From Methanobacteriota archaeon (GTDB lineage: Archaea; Thermoplasmatota; Poseidoniia; Poseidoniales; Thalassarchaeaceae), in assembly GCA_028355015.1 (NCBI GenBank), contig JAOMRN010000005.1:18022-82021 (forward strand): a stretch of 64,000 nt of DNA, given 5' to 3'. The notes below the pieces were generated by a model. It had not been told where the DNA came from. It did no database searches and saw only the letters and a program-made list of their open reading frames with translations. Position numbers and translations under genes: made by a program. Within the stretch, counting starts at the first letter, position 1. Each line of letters begins with the position of its first letter. Positions 52,158 to 61,673 of the stretch are shown one piece after another.

Positions 52158-52804
52158 ATGCCCATCCCATCCACATCGTCGGATTTCCTGATTTTGTCGA
52201 TCTCCCCTTTGTCAAACCAGAATGATCCGCAGTCGCCGCATCCATCGAGAATCAGTGTAGCTTTACCGCCTTCGTAATTGTGCTTGGATGCCTCGTACGC
52301 GATTAATGGTATGCCAATCACCAGCATGATTGCCAGATCCACCAGATCAGATCCGCCGCCAGCAGTACCCTCCATAGGATTGGAGGGTTCATAATACACA
52401 TTTATTTCGACCATCTTTCCTTCGCAAGTCGGGCAATCGAGGTCACAGGATACTCCTTCTTCCAGCAGTGATTCGAGAGTTCTCACCTTGTCCGAATTGG
52501 CCTCGAGTATCGCCCCTATGTTGTTGGCGTTAAGCAAGGAACCCTTGCATTTCTTGCATTCGTAGTACCCAATTTTGTCGGTCTTGAGTCTATCAATGAG
52601 TCCTCCGGTGTTCAGGATGGATCTATTGAATGAGGCATAGGATAGCTGCCCGCACCCCTTGGGGCATTGAAGATTCTTAATATCTTGAAATTCATCGGGT
52701 TCCCAATGAAAAACATCTTCGCAGTATGGACACTCATATTCCCCCTCTTCAGCCATTCCCAAATCGATAGATTCGGCGCATAACGGGCACTCAATCTCGA
52801 CCAT
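52154..52804 (-). CDS. Zinc-ribbon (zf-TFIIB-like) membrane protein
   Basis: CPLC..CPYC, CPKGC..CKKCKG, CPTC..CGDCGSFWFDKGEI; one TM. Confidence 0.65.
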   Translation of the reverse strand: MVEIECPLCAESIDLGMAEEGEYECPYCEDVFHWEPDEFQDIKNLQCPKGCGQLSYASFNRSILNTGGLIDRLKTDKIGYYECKKCKGSLLNANNIGAILEANSDKVRTLESLLEEGVSCDLDCPTCEGKMVEINVYYEPSNPMEGTAGGGSDLVDLAIMLVIGIPLIAYEASKHNYEGGKATLILDGCGDCGSFWFDKGEIDKIRKSDDVDGMGI

Positions 52805-52903
52805 GTTTCTAAAGCGGAAACTATGGGAGTATAATCCTTGACCCTACATGAGGCTACGCTTTCTACTACTGAGCGATGGACCTCCTTCCGCTTGTATGTG
52901 AAT

Positions 52904-52917
52904 CAAAGGGTACCCTC
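52904..52917. repeat. Short GGG-TA-CCC palindromic site
   Basis: CAAAGGGTACCCTC; a degenerate minus-strand arm (rc GTAGCCTCATGTAGGG) has its TA at 52855-56. Confidence 0.6.
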
Positions 52918-52974
52918 TCATAATACGCCTATACAGTGGGTGTAGAGAGGGTGTTGCATGGGTATACAGAGGTA

Positions 52975-53832
52975 TCAAGAACATTCAATTGCATCAATGA
53001 TTTGCTTCTGTATGTGTTCGTCATAAGCCGATGGATGGAGTTCTTTTTCTTTCGATTTGGTGTCAAAGTAACGCCCTGTTACGCCTTCCAGTGATGGATC
53101 GGTTGCAGCAAATACCGTTGATTGTGAAGCTTTGTGAGCGCTCTTGCCACCATCACTTCGGAAAAATAATTTGAAAAATGGCATCATAATTTTCATTGGA
53201 CCAGGAAGCCCCTTCGTTGTCAATGATTGTGTCATTGAAGTTGATGCTCTTCCCGGAAAAACGATATTGACACTCACGTTCTCTAGCTCCAATCTTTTGG
53301 AGAGGGTAATCGACATGGCTTCCAAGATGCTTTTTGAGTGAGTGTATGTCATCAAACCTCTGAATTGTTTTTCAGCCTGCAGATTTGTTGGATCAATGGC
53401 GGCGGGTTTATCTCCACCACTGGTGTTCAATACTCGAGGTGATGGCGAGGATTTTAACTTCGGCAAGAGGGCATGGGTTAGGTTCCAAGGTGCAACCACA
53501 TTCACTGCAAAATGCATCTCTAATCCATCTTCGTTGTGTTTGAGTGTGTTTCCAAGATAGCCTGCATTGTTGATGAGGACATCAATTTTGGAAACGCTTT
53601 GATTGATTGCATTTGCTAATTGCTCAACTCCATTCTTTGTTGAAACATCCCCAACAATAAACTCAATTTCAGAATTTCCTGATTCTTTGATGATGGTTTC
53701 AGTAGCATTTTCTCCACGCTCAGTATTTCTTCCAACGAGAATCACATGCGCTCCGAGTTTCGCAATTTCAAGAGCAGTGTAATATCCAATTCCAGAGGTT
53801 GCTCCAGTGATTACAACTGTTTTTTCTGACAT
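52975..53832 (-). CDS. Short-chain dehydrogenase/reductase (retinol-DH-like)
   Basis: VITGATSGIG, LINNAG, YTHSK. Confidence 0.88.
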   Translation of the reverse strand: MSEKTVVITGATSGIGYYTALEIAKLGAHVILVGRNTERGENATETIIKESGNSEIEFIVGDVSTKNGVEQLANAINQSVSKIDVLINNAGYLGNTLKHNEDGLEMHFAVNVVAPWNLTHALLPKLKSSPSPRVLNTSGGDKPAAIDPTNLQAEKQFRGLMTYTHSKSILEAMSITLSKRLELENVSVNIVFPGRASTSMTQSLTTKGLPGPMKIMMPFFKLFFRSDGGKSAHKASQSTVFAATDPSLEGVTGRYFDTKSKEKELHPSAYDEHIQKQIIDAIECS

Positions 53833-53872
53833 CAATTTCGGCATACAAGTTTCACCATTTTTCAGTAGAATC

Positions 53873-55129
53873 TCAAGCCGTACTGTTTGACGCAAATACT
53901 TGTGAGGGATTATTTGCCCAGATCGCTTCAAGGAAAGCATCAACTCTATCGTTGATTGGAGTTCTAGCAAAGTTTGTTTCAACATGGTCTCCTTCGGGAT
54001 CAAAATCCAAGAGATGAGGTGAATTCGGTTGCGCATCAATCGTCTGGCGTAAATTGTCATACATCCAACGGCAATTACTCAAGTTAGCTTCTTCAGCTGT
54101 AGGGATTGTTGGCAATTTCCCTCCACAGGCAGGATCGAGTTCACCGATAATGAACATAATTGGCACCTCAGTAAATCCATTTCGAATCATCGCTTCAGGA
54201 TAGAGACCATAGCCCCAGTAATCAAACCCGACTTTCTCCATACCATCGTTACGTAGATCGCCTCCGTTGAAAGGATAGGGGTCAACACCGACATAGATGT
54301 CAAACATTTCAAAGATCCGGGGTGGATCAAATGTCCATGAATCAGCCACGACTGCAGTAAGGTAGATGTCTTCCTGCCAGTATGCAACGGCTACATTCCA
54401 TACGCCAATTGAGCCAGCACTTGTTCCATGAGCGAAAACCTGACTGGTTGGGTAGTTGGCTACGGTGTAATCCATTGCGGCCATCGTAGCCTGCAAACCA
54501 TTTACTTCTCGAAGAACACCATCATAGGATGAATTCGGGTTGTTCGGATATGGGTCGCCACGACCGGCATAATTGTCATGGTCGCAGAGTGATACCAATA
54601 AAACTCGATATCCATCGATAATTCGCCGTGTAAGAGTTGAACTCATCAGTTCGTCGTTATTGTTGTGTGTGTTTCCAATCAAATGAAGGTCGATCAGTTT
54701 GTCAAAGGATTCCTCATGGTTCCAAGTATTCTGAGTGATGGTCTTGACGGTTTGGTATGTCTGGTTTTCATCAAACCACCCATAGCCACCTCCGTGAAGA
54801 TAGGTCCAGAGAGGAGCCTCAATACCGGGATTATTGATTGGCTCCATGACGAAAAAGGTGTAATGTCCAGACAGTCCACATGTGTATGCTTCATTCCGAT
54901 AAAAGCTAATTTCAGCACTTGTGTTGTTGTCCAACTCGAGTATCCTTGATTCGACTAGTTTGATATGTTCAGTCGTTCGTTCGACCAGTGGAATTTCGAT
55001 TTCATCATTTGAATTTTCAAGTACTTCACCGTCAGACGAACCTTCAGACTCACCAAAACATCCCGCTAGAGAAATTGAGATGAAAAAAAGTACCATGAGT
55101 AAAGCGTTTGGTTTGGTTGATTTTTTCAT
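53873..55129 (-). CDS. Lipoprotein alpha/beta hydrolase
   Basis: Lipobox LAGC, YLHGGG, HGTSAGS nucleophile elbow. Confidence 0.65.
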   Translation of the reverse strand: MKKSTKPNALLMVLFFISISLAGCFGESEGSSDGEVLENSNDEIEIPLVERTTEHIKLVESRILELDNNTSAEISFYRNEAYTCGLSGHYTFFVMEPINNPGIEAPLWTYLHGGGYGWFDENQTYQTVKTITQNTWNHEESFDKLIDLHLIGNTHNNNDELMSSTLTRRIIDGYRVLLVSLCDHDNYAGRGDPYPNNPNSSYDGVLREVNGLQATMAAMDYTVANYPTSQVFAHGTSAGSIGVWNVAVAYWQEDIYLTAVVADSWTFDPPRIFEMFDIYVGVDPYPFNGGDLRNDGMEKVGFDYWGYGLYPEAMIRNGFTEVPIMFIIGELDPACGGKLPTIPTAEEANLSNCRWMYDNLRQTIDAQPNSPHLLDFDPEGDHVETNFARTPINDRVDAFLEAIWANNPSQVFASNSTA

Positions 55130-55575
55130 CAGATATCACCTCCATCTTCTGCTGTGACTTGGGTAGAGCATGGAGTTTCGAGAGACTGAATCGATGGATT
55201 GGAAGACCTATGAACAACCCACTCAAACATGGATTCTAAACTTGGGCGAAGCGCCATACCGTCATTTGTTAGAGCGTATTCAACACGTGTTCCTTGGGAA
55301 TCTGTGATCTCTTTTCGAGTAACAAGTCCATTCTCTTCAAGTTCATTCAGCCGTCGAGAGAGCGTCGTAGCAGAACTTTCTACTCTCCTTTCAATTTCTG
55401 AAAATCTCATCGGCTCCTTATCTGATTTGAGTACAACCAAGGTATGGAGCATCGTTGATTTTGAAAGCAAACGAAGCAGATGATCTACATCGTCGCGTAG
55501 ATTTGTTCGAAGAGCGTCTAATTCAGCGCTTTCAGCATCGTCCATGATCTCTTTGATTACGCTTCTGATTATCAA
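55129..55575 (-). CDS. HxlR-family winged-helix regulator
   Basis: MRFSEI...SATTLSRRLNELE..GLVTR...RVEYALT. Confidence 0.85.
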   Translation of the reverse strand: MIIRSVIKEIMDDAESAELDALRTNLRDDVDHLLRLLSKSTMLHTLVVLKSDKEPMRFSEIERRVESSATTLSRRLNELEENGLVTRKEITDSQGTRVEYALTNDGMALRPSLESMFEWVVHRSSNPSIQSLETPCSTQVTAEDGGDI

Positions 55576-55636
55576 GTAAGGGGTTTCAGGAATGTTAGTG
55601 CACTCACCAGTTCCGACATATCATTTCCATGAAATC

Positions 55637-55748
55637 GCAAGGGTTCTTGGAACTCCCTTAAGACATTATGTAAGAGTACAATGGGTGTTCAGTCCCCCAG
55701 TACACTCGCTAGGCATTGAAAGGACGGATAGATAGCCGATAAGTTCAG
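55637..55748. repeat. Double-arm site: two arms back-to-back around CTAG (TA 55710-11)
   Basis: + arm GCTAGGCATTGAAAGGACGGATAGATAGCCGATAAGTTCAG; - arm rc CTAGCGAGTGTACTGGGGGACTGAACACCCATTG...TAAGGG...AACCCTTG, colinear with the consensus. Confidence 0.8.
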
Positions 55749-56281
55749 TCTGAGTATTTGATACCGGTTCCATAAGCGAACACCTCAACTCCTTTAACTC
55801 CCTTTTTGCTACTTTGTGGGGTCATATCCGCTGTATCTATTCTAACATTAATCACATCATCCCAACCAGCAGCTATTGCATTCTCTCTGAGCCTCTGCAT
55901 TACCTCTGCCCTACCGGTAGAAATAACTTTCTGAAATATCGTGATTGAGCCACCAAATAAATTATTGAACCAACCAATTAGGAGATGCCAATGGCTGGGT
56001 CCAAAGACACCACTGGCATAAACGAGACCGGAATCAGAAACATTATCTCTGTAGCCACCATCAATTGTTGATAGAGGATCTTTCCCTCGTAATTTTCTTG
56101 TTTCACTCTCTCTTCTGTTTACATCTTCTACCATATTGTCAATATTCTTTCCACTAGTAATCATACCCCAAACAAAAACAAATGGGTATGAAAGACCAAA
56201 AACTGTCCAAATTAATGAAAATATTAGGAATGGGGCCACCAATATAAACAGAATGTAATATATCTCGAACTCTATAGCCAT
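55745..56281 (-). CDS. YbjQ/UPF0145-like protein with N-terminal TM
   Basis: NLFGG, GRAEVMQRL, INVRIDT, VEVFAYGTGI. Confidence 0.75.
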   Translation of the reverse strand: MAIEFEIYYILFILVAPFLIFSLIWTVFGLSYPFVFVWGMITSGKNIDNMVEDVNRRESETRKLRGKDPLSTIDGGYRDNVSDSGLVYASGVFGPSHWHLLIGWFNNLFGGSITIFQKVISTGRAEVMQRLRENAIAAGWDDVINVRIDTADMTPQSSKKGVKGVEVFAYGTGIKYSD

Positions 56282-56294
56282 TGAAAGACCTCTT

Positions 56295-56630
56295 TCACTC
56301 GTATTTGACTGCAGTTCCATAGGCAAATAGCTCTGCAGCACCAGCAGTAATAGCGGATGTTGCAAATCTAACATTGACTACTGCTGTTGCATCAAGCGTC
56401 ATTGCATCTGCAACCATTCTTGCTACGGCTTCTTGACGTGCTTCTTGGAGGAGTTCAGTATACTGTGTTAACTCTCCTCCAACAATGTTCTTGAAAAGAG
56501 CAAAAATATCTTTTCCTACATGCTTAGCTCTGACTGTTGATCCACTAACTACCCCTAGCGTCTCAGTAATTTTTTTCCCTGGTATTGTCTCAGTATTAAC
56601 TACTAACACTCCATTGACTACTTGTTCCAT
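56295..56630 (-). CDS. YbjQ/UPF0145 family protein
   Basis: GSTVRAKHVGKD..A..KNIVGGEL..YTELL.EAR.EA, ELFAYGTAV. Confidence 0.9.
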   Translation of the reverse strand: MEQVVNGVLVVNTETIPGKKITETLGVVSGSTVRAKHVGKDIFALFKNIVGGELTQYTELLQEARQEAVARMVADAMTLDATAVVNVRFATSAITAGAAELFAYGTAVKYE

Positions 56631-56674
56631 AATGGTGCGTACAATAGGAATCACTTCAATATAGTGTACTATGT

Positions 56675-57307
56675 TTAACGAAATCCTGAAGGTATATCGA
56701 TGGTAGTTTCAGGTTTTGATTTACTAGCTACGAGTACTAATAGAGCTAGCAGGAATCCATTACATAATGCAATCTGACCTACCCCCATTATCATTGAGAA
56801 CTGGTTTATCAAGTCGGGAATCATAGTCCCTCCTGCTTCCTGACCATAGTCATCAATTGGTGTGAAACCTATTTCGGACATTCTCCACATCATCCATATG
56901 CCACCAACAAAATTTACAGCTATCCATAAACCAACTGCTTTAATTCCTGCTTCTCTATTTGTCCATAATAGAAATGCACTGAATGTACCTATGATAGCCA
57001 AAAGTCCGCTGTGAAATGCTGTCCATCCGATGAAACCCATCATTTGATCGAAATAATCCTGCATATCCTCCCAAGCTATTTTTCCCTCTTCCCATTCTTG
57101 TTTTTCCTCTTCAGTACCATCTTCAGGATATTCTTCTATCTCCTCCCATTCCGTATCTGTTAATTGAGAAACGAGTATCGGTGTGGCAGCTGATAATAAT
57201 GCGTTTAAAACGTATAAAATAGACATTATTACCATGAAAATGGCCAATCCTTTCAACCACCAAGGAGATGGCTCGCTGATTGGGGTGTATGGCTTCTCTG
57301 TGCGCAC
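56675..57307 (-). CDS. Hypothetical membrane protein
   Basis: 4 TM with acidic loop. Confidence 0.65.
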   Translation of the reverse strand: MRTEKPYTPISEPSPWWLKGLAIFMVIMSILYVLNALLSAATPILVSQLTDTEWEEIEEYPEDGTEEEKQEWEEGKIAWEDMQDYFDQMMGFIGWTAFHSGLLAIIGTFSAFLLWTNREAGIKAVGLWIAVNFVGGIWMMWRMSEIGFTPIDDYGQEAGGTMIPDLINQFSMIMGVGQIALCNGFLLALLVLVASKSKPETTIDIPSGFR

Positions 57308-57405
57308 ATAATAATCGCCAATATGCCTTCATATGAACCTAGTCACGAATTAATGTTTACAACCCCATCAGACCACATATGAGCGTGAGGGGACCCTTTG
57401 TCTGG

Positions 57406-57870
57406 TTATTCCCTAACGTATAGCTTGTAATCTCGAATATGTTTCAGTTGGTGTAGAATTCGTTTAAATTCCAATGAAAATATCATCCAAGAGACCATGC
57501 TCAATCTACTGATTAGTACGTTTAACGAACTCAAAAATCCCGGAGTTATCGATCTTTCAAAACCCGCCTTTTCTAGTACAGATTGAAGTCGAGCGTCTCG
57601 TGTATATGCGAAAAGACGTCCATTGCCACATTTTTCTAACAATTTATGTGATATTCCTTTACCTCTGTGAGTTGGGTCAACTACCAGGCTATTGATTTCA
57701 AATCCTCTCCACCTATTTGTCTTGATTGCATGAGCAATCGGATTGTCATCACCGTCATAGATAATTATGGTTTTTTTGTTAATTCTTGCTAGAGACGGAG
57801 GCCTTAGATCCAACTCTTGACGGAACATTTCCTTCAACCAAATAATGGCATCCATTCTAACCCCTACCAC
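57406..57870 (-). CDS. GNAT acetyltransferase
   Basis: EINSLVVDPTHRGKGI motif A. Confidence 0.75.
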   Translation of the reverse strand: MVGVRMDAIIWLKEMFRQELDLRPPSLARINKKTIIIYDGDDNPIAHAIKTNRWRGFEINSLVVDPTHRGKGISHKLLEKCGNGRLFAYTRDARLQSVLEKAGFERSITPGFLSSLNVLISRLSMVSWMIFSLEFKRILHQLKHIRDYKLYVRE

Positions 57871-58015
57871 TAATCCGTCAGCTACCCCCCTTCATCATGT
57901 ATGCGGAAGTTTGGACCCCATGTATACGGGCATCAAACCCCCCCTACCCAATTAGACGTATAAATCTACTATGGGTGCCCCAATCATTTTTCACGTATCG
58001 GAAATTCGGTATGGC

Positions 58016-58600
58016 ATGAGGGAGTCCCATACAACACTGGCAAAGGTATTCCACTGGGGTTTCATAATCCTCTATGCATATGGGATATTCAAGCAAGTGG
58101 ATGATATATCTCAGCTAGAGGATTCAGGTTTACTCGCCTTCGAGGTGGCCTTTGCAAGTATTTTCCTAGTCATTGTAATGGTTCGATATTATTACATGAG
58201 GAAATTTCAGACGTTTCTTGGCGCTGACAAACCCGTCCCAGTGACCCATAGATATCTCGCGAAATCGATTCATACCTCCATGTATCTTTGCCTGATTCTT
58301 CTCCCACTATCTGGCTTGTTGATAGCAGTTTTGTTCTCACAAGGAATCTCTGAGGGTCCGATGCAGGACTTCGCGCTTGCTGTGCATGAGTTCTCAGCCG
58401 ATCTCAGTTATATCCTCATAGCAATACATGTCGGGGCGGCAATGTGGTCACGAATCAAGGGAGAAGGAGTTTGGACTTCCATGGTCCCAATTTGGAAGGA
58501 AGGGGGAGCCTCAAGAAATGAAACAATTTCAAGATTGTCGCTTATGGAAAATGATTTTTTCAATAAGATAGAGAAAATTTTCTTTTCTTCGAAGGAATAA
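58016..58600 (+). CDS. Cytochrome b561 / Ni-hydrogenase b-type cytochrome family
   Basis: AKVFHW, IHTSMY..L...PLSG, VHE, IHVGAA heme His ligands. Confidence 0.8.
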   Translation: MRESHTTLAKVFHWGFIILYAYGIFKQVDDISQLEDSGLLAFEVAFASIFLVIVMVRYYYMRKFQTFLGADKPVPVTHRYLAKSIHTSMYLCLILLPLSGLLIAVLFSQGISEGPMQDFALAVHEFSADLSYILIAIHVGAAMWSRIKGEGVWTSMVPIWKEGGASRNETISRLSLMENDFFNKIEKIFFSSKE

Positions 58601-58635
58601 GCACTGGCCGATCATAAGCCCAAGGTTGTTTGTAA

Positions 58636-58712
58636 CAAAGGGGGCCCCTTACGATTACGAGTGGTCGCATGGGTACCCATGCGACACCCGTCGTTTCAAA
58701 AGGGGACCATTC
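58636..58712. repeat. Three tandem short GGG-NN-CC(C) sites at 30-31 bp spacing; central one a perfect 22-bp palindrome
   Basis: CAAAGGGGGCCCCTT, GTCGCATGGGTACCCATGCGAC (58664-58685), CAAAAGGGGACCATT. Confidence 0.65.
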
Positions 58713-58717
58713 GAAAG

Positions 58718-58936
58718 TCACTCTTTCTTCATATCATAAAGAAGCCGTATCGCCACAATTAGAATTGCACAAAGAATACCGATTTGGCCACCATATACCC
58801 CTGCGATTTCATAATTGTCAGTAATCCCACTTTGCGGAAACCATTCTGATAATGGCTGGGCAAGGAGCGCCCCTACAATCAGGCCTATCGGCGGAAGCAA
58901 AATCAACACAAGCGGGATGAAGTATCTGCTCCTCAA
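58718..58936 (-). CDS. Small 2-TM membrane protein
   Basis: TTG start overlapping the upstream TGA; MRSRYFIPLVLILL... Confidence 0.5.
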   Translation of the reverse strand: MRSRYFIPLVLILLPPIGLIVGALLAQPLSEWFPQSGITDNYEIAGVYGGQIGILCAILIVAIRLLYDMKKE

Positions 58937-59154
58937 AATGATCCCTCCGGACTTGAATTTTTCAATCCCAAACCTACTATTAATCCGATCAATCCAATTC
59001 CACATACTGCTTGAGATGCCAACATATAGAGTAGATTTATCGATTCGTAAGTTCCAATTTTATCAAGTTCATTCGAAAAATAGAACATGGATATCAGCCC
59101 CACAATCATTGTGATGAATGAAATAATGATAATCACTAATTTCCTGTTCTCCAT
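58933..59154 (-). CDS. Small 2-TM membrane protein
   Basis: MENRKLVIIIISF... hydrophobic ORF. Confidence 0.5.
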   Translation of the reverse strand: MENRKLVIIIISFITMIVGLISMFYFSNELDKIGTYESINLLYMLASQAVCGIGLIGLIVGLGLKNSSPEGSF

Positions 59155-59203
59155 GATTAATCGAGATGAATACGATATATCAACAAACCGATTCGGATAA
59201 GTT

Positions 59204-59281
59204 GCAAGGGTCTATCCGAATACCCATTGAAACGGAAACTGAATTACAAAGGGCTTTCAATGCGTCCTTCGATAGGCTACC
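59204..59281 (-). repeat. Arm repeat (variant B), hybrid GG-TA-arm site (TA 59278-79)
   Basis: rc GGTAGCCTATCGAAGGACGCATTGAAAGCCCTTTGTAATTCAG...CAATGGGTATTCGGATAGACCCTTGC. Confidence 0.8.
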
Positions 59282-59412
59282 CTCGTGTTCAAGTTGAATA
59301 CAAAGGTTCCCCATCATTCATTAGTTGAAATGTAGTCCACTTTTATCACTCGAATCGTTTCCTTAGGGGTTTCAGTAGATCTATTTATGTATGATGGCTA
59401 AATACGCTATTT

Positions 59413-60972
59413 ATGCCATACACACTATCTATGCAACCTCCAGATAATCAATTCAAAGGACTTGCAAAGAATGGGATGGAATGCGGCCATTGCATATGTG
59501 AACTGATAGATAACTCAATTGCCGCGAAGGACTCTGATTTTAAGATTCAAATTCACTTATTAGCTAATCAAGATGAAAAGCTGCTCGATGTTTTCATAAT
59601 GGATGCAAGCGGAGGAATGGATTTTGATACCCTGAAAACTGCATTGCCTCTAGGATCTTCGCCAGGTGATAATCAGCTCAATGAACATGGTTTTGGTTTG
59701 AAAAATGCTTTAGCTACATTGAGTAACAAAAATGTATTGCCGTGGGAATTAATTACCAAGAAAGGTGCAGAAATTTCCAAAGTTAGCGGCCCATTTAGTT
59801 CGAATATGGAAATTTACAGCACTCAGATGGGAGATGCAGTTACGTTGAATGAGGAGGATTGGATGCGTTTCTATAATGAAATCTCAACGATGGTTAAATT
59901 CACTCTTACTAAGAGGTTTTTCAACACACTTAAGGCAAAACATGGCGCACATGCTACAGATCCTTCTACTTTGAGATATTATTTGATTGAAGAGATTGCT
60001 ATGAAATATGCGAATTATTTGACAGGAGATGGCTCCGGATCGATTTCTTTAACCTACCTCACTGATGTGCACGAGATTTTACCATTGATACCTCCAATAG
60101 CAGGAGGACATAAGGATTTGACTTGTATAGTAACAAAGGCGGGAGGAGCTGAGGAGCAGTTACAAATGCGTTATAAATGGGGTGATATTGATCCATTGTT
60201 ACAGAGCGAATGTGTTCAAAGTAAATTAAACGGAGCAATTGAAAAGAAACCTTCGAAAAAATATTTCAAAGCACCCGGAACGATTAATACACAGGGATTT
60301 AGTGTGGTTTTAGGTAGGCGTACAATCATCCCTACTAAATTCAATGATGTTTGGCCCACAGGGGCGACTGATGAAGAAGGTGATCCCGAATACCTCAAAT
60401 CCCACAATAATTATAATCATTATTTAGGTCAGTTGGTTATCAAAACTTTCCCTGAAAAAACACTCACTACTGTGAATAATAAAATTGGGGTTGATCCTGA
60501 TGATACAAATTGGCATAAAGTATTCTCTGCCCTCGGTGCAGATGCAGATACTAAGCCCATAGGGTCCTCAAATGAAGCTTGGAGTGAAAAGCAATACGAA
60601 GACGCCCTCGTCGCTAAAAATCAAGGTGTCCCTGGAATTGAGATGGTTTCTAGACAAGATACAGTGTGGCCCTCAGGAGTAAGAATGGATTGTATTGTAA
60701 AACAAAATAATGGTCATATTACAGTGTATGAATTAAAAGTTAAGAAAGTAGGTACTTTAGATCTCTATCAGTTGAAGATGTATTGGGATGGATTAGTTGA
60801 TCAAGGAGACACACCAACGACAGGGGTTTTAGCAGGTCATGAGTTTATACCTCAAATTGACCAAATGATTACAAAAATAAACAGTATGGAGGACGAACAG
60901 GGCAATAATTACAACATTGAAAAGAAGTTCCTTTCAACTCCTCCAGCAGAAGGCGGTTTAGGATTAAATTAG
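59413..60972 (+). CDS. GHKL (MORC/HATPase_c_3-like) ATPase fused to a C-terminal PD-(D/E)xK nuclease
   Basis: ELIDNSIAA, D.SGGM, NEHGFGLKNA; C-terminal E...RMD...VYELK...YQLKMY. Confidence 0.75.
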   Translation: MPYTLSMQPPDNQFKGLAKNGMECGHCICELIDNSIAAKDSDFKIQIHLLANQDEKLLDVFIMDASGGMDFDTLKTALPLGSSPGDNQLNEHGFGLKNALATLSNKNVLPWELITKKGAEISKVSGPFSSNMEIYSTQMGDAVTLNEEDWMRFYNEISTMVKFTLTKRFFNTLKAKHGAHATDPSTLRYYLIEEIAMKYANYLTGDGSGSISLTYLTDVHEILPLIPPIAGGHKDLTCIVTKAGGAEEQLQMRYKWGDIDPLLQSECVQSKLNGAIEKKPSKKYFKAPGTINTQGFSVVLGRRTIIPTKFNDVWPTGATDEEGDPEYLKSHNNYNHYLGQLVIKTFPEKTLTTVNNKIGVDPDDTNWHKVFSALGADADTKPIGSSNEAWSEKQYEDALVAKNQGVPGIEMVSRQDTVWPSGVRMDCIVKQNNGHITVYELKVKKVGTLDLYQLKMYWDGLVDQGDTPTTGVLAGHEFIPQIDQMITKINSMEDEQGNNYNIEKKFLSTPPAEGGLGLN

Positions 60973-60994
60973 TGTATCTTTTCTACTCAACGTG

Positions 60995-61212
60995 TCAGCT
61001 CAGACCCATTAGTCAGTTAGTAGTGTATTAATGGGTAGCGATAAATTAGAGGGTTTCTGCTTAGGCCCATGAGTTAGCAATTGCTGAATTAATGGGTTAG
61101 CAGCCCGCCCTTTCAGAGGCTAGCGTTTGCACCGACCGACTGAAAGCCCTTCGGAAATCAAAACTCATTCCAATGGGTATTCGGATAAATCCTTACGAAA
61201 TATCTCAACTCG
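60995..61212. repeat. Double-arm site around CTAG (TA 61121-22) plus a partial extra arm
   Basis: - arm rc GCTAGCCTCTGAAAGGGCGGGCTGCTAACCCATTAATTCAG...CATGGGCCTAAGCAGAAACCC; + arm GCTAGCGTTTGCACCGACCGACTGAAAGCCCTT...CAATGGGTATTCGGATAAATCC; extra CCCATT...AATGGG unit 60995-61039. Confidence 0.85.
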
Positions 61213-61213
61213 T

Positions 61214-61462
61214 TTATTCGTTAGTTGAGATATTCTTCTTTCTTTTACGATTCCATTTCTTGATTCGAGGAAGTTGCCATTTGATAATTCCAGTCCAAAA
61301 AACGATTCCTAAGACCGCAGTTGCAACAAAATTGGTCACTCCTGGCTGATCGTTCCAATATCCTGTGTCGCCACTGAATGTTATCGCACCGAAATAAAAC
61401 GAAATACAAAATCCAAAGCCGAGATGAACCCCACGAAGAATAGTGTTCCAATTCCTTGCCAA
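61214..61462 (-). CDS. Small 2-TM protein with basic tail
   Basis: TTG start 2 nt after the upstream small gene; R..HL..G, FWTG..KWQ.PRI. Confidence 0.6.
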   Translation of the reverse strand: MARNWNTILRGVHLGFGFCISFYFGAITFSGDTGYWNDQPGVTNFVATAVLGIVFWTGIIKWQLPRIKKWNRKRKKNISTNE

Positions 61463-61464
61463 GT

Positions 61465-61584
61465 TTATTCCTCTTTTACACTCTCTTGATGTTCTTTCAA
61501 TTTAGTTTCAAATTCTTCTTGGGATAAACCATGCCAACCTATACACATTCCTGTTGGTGATCTACCGCATCCGCATTTACTCAT
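61465..61584 (-). CDS. Unannotated 39-aa CDGSH-like 3Cys-1His peptide
   Basis: AGGAG SD; MSKCGCGRSPTGMCIGWHGLSQEEFETKLKEHQESVKEE. Confidence 0.65.
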   Translation of the reverse strand: MSKCGCGRSPTGMCIGWHGLSQEEFETKLKEHQESVKEE

Positions 61585-61673
61585 AATATTCAGCTCCTAG
61601 TAAACATCGCACTTGACTTGAGTATTAAGGAGGAGAAGTCTCAATCTTGGCACTACAGTATCATGAGTGATAC

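Noticed and set aside
53833-54060. N-terminal extension of the SDR ORF
   Set aside because: Overlaps the upstream hydrolase gene; the SDR fold begins at MSEKTVVITG (53832).
58718-59154. Overlapping minus-strand ORFs as a frameshifted pseudogene
   Set aside because: Better explained as two small genes coupled by a TTGA start/stop overlap at 58933-58936.
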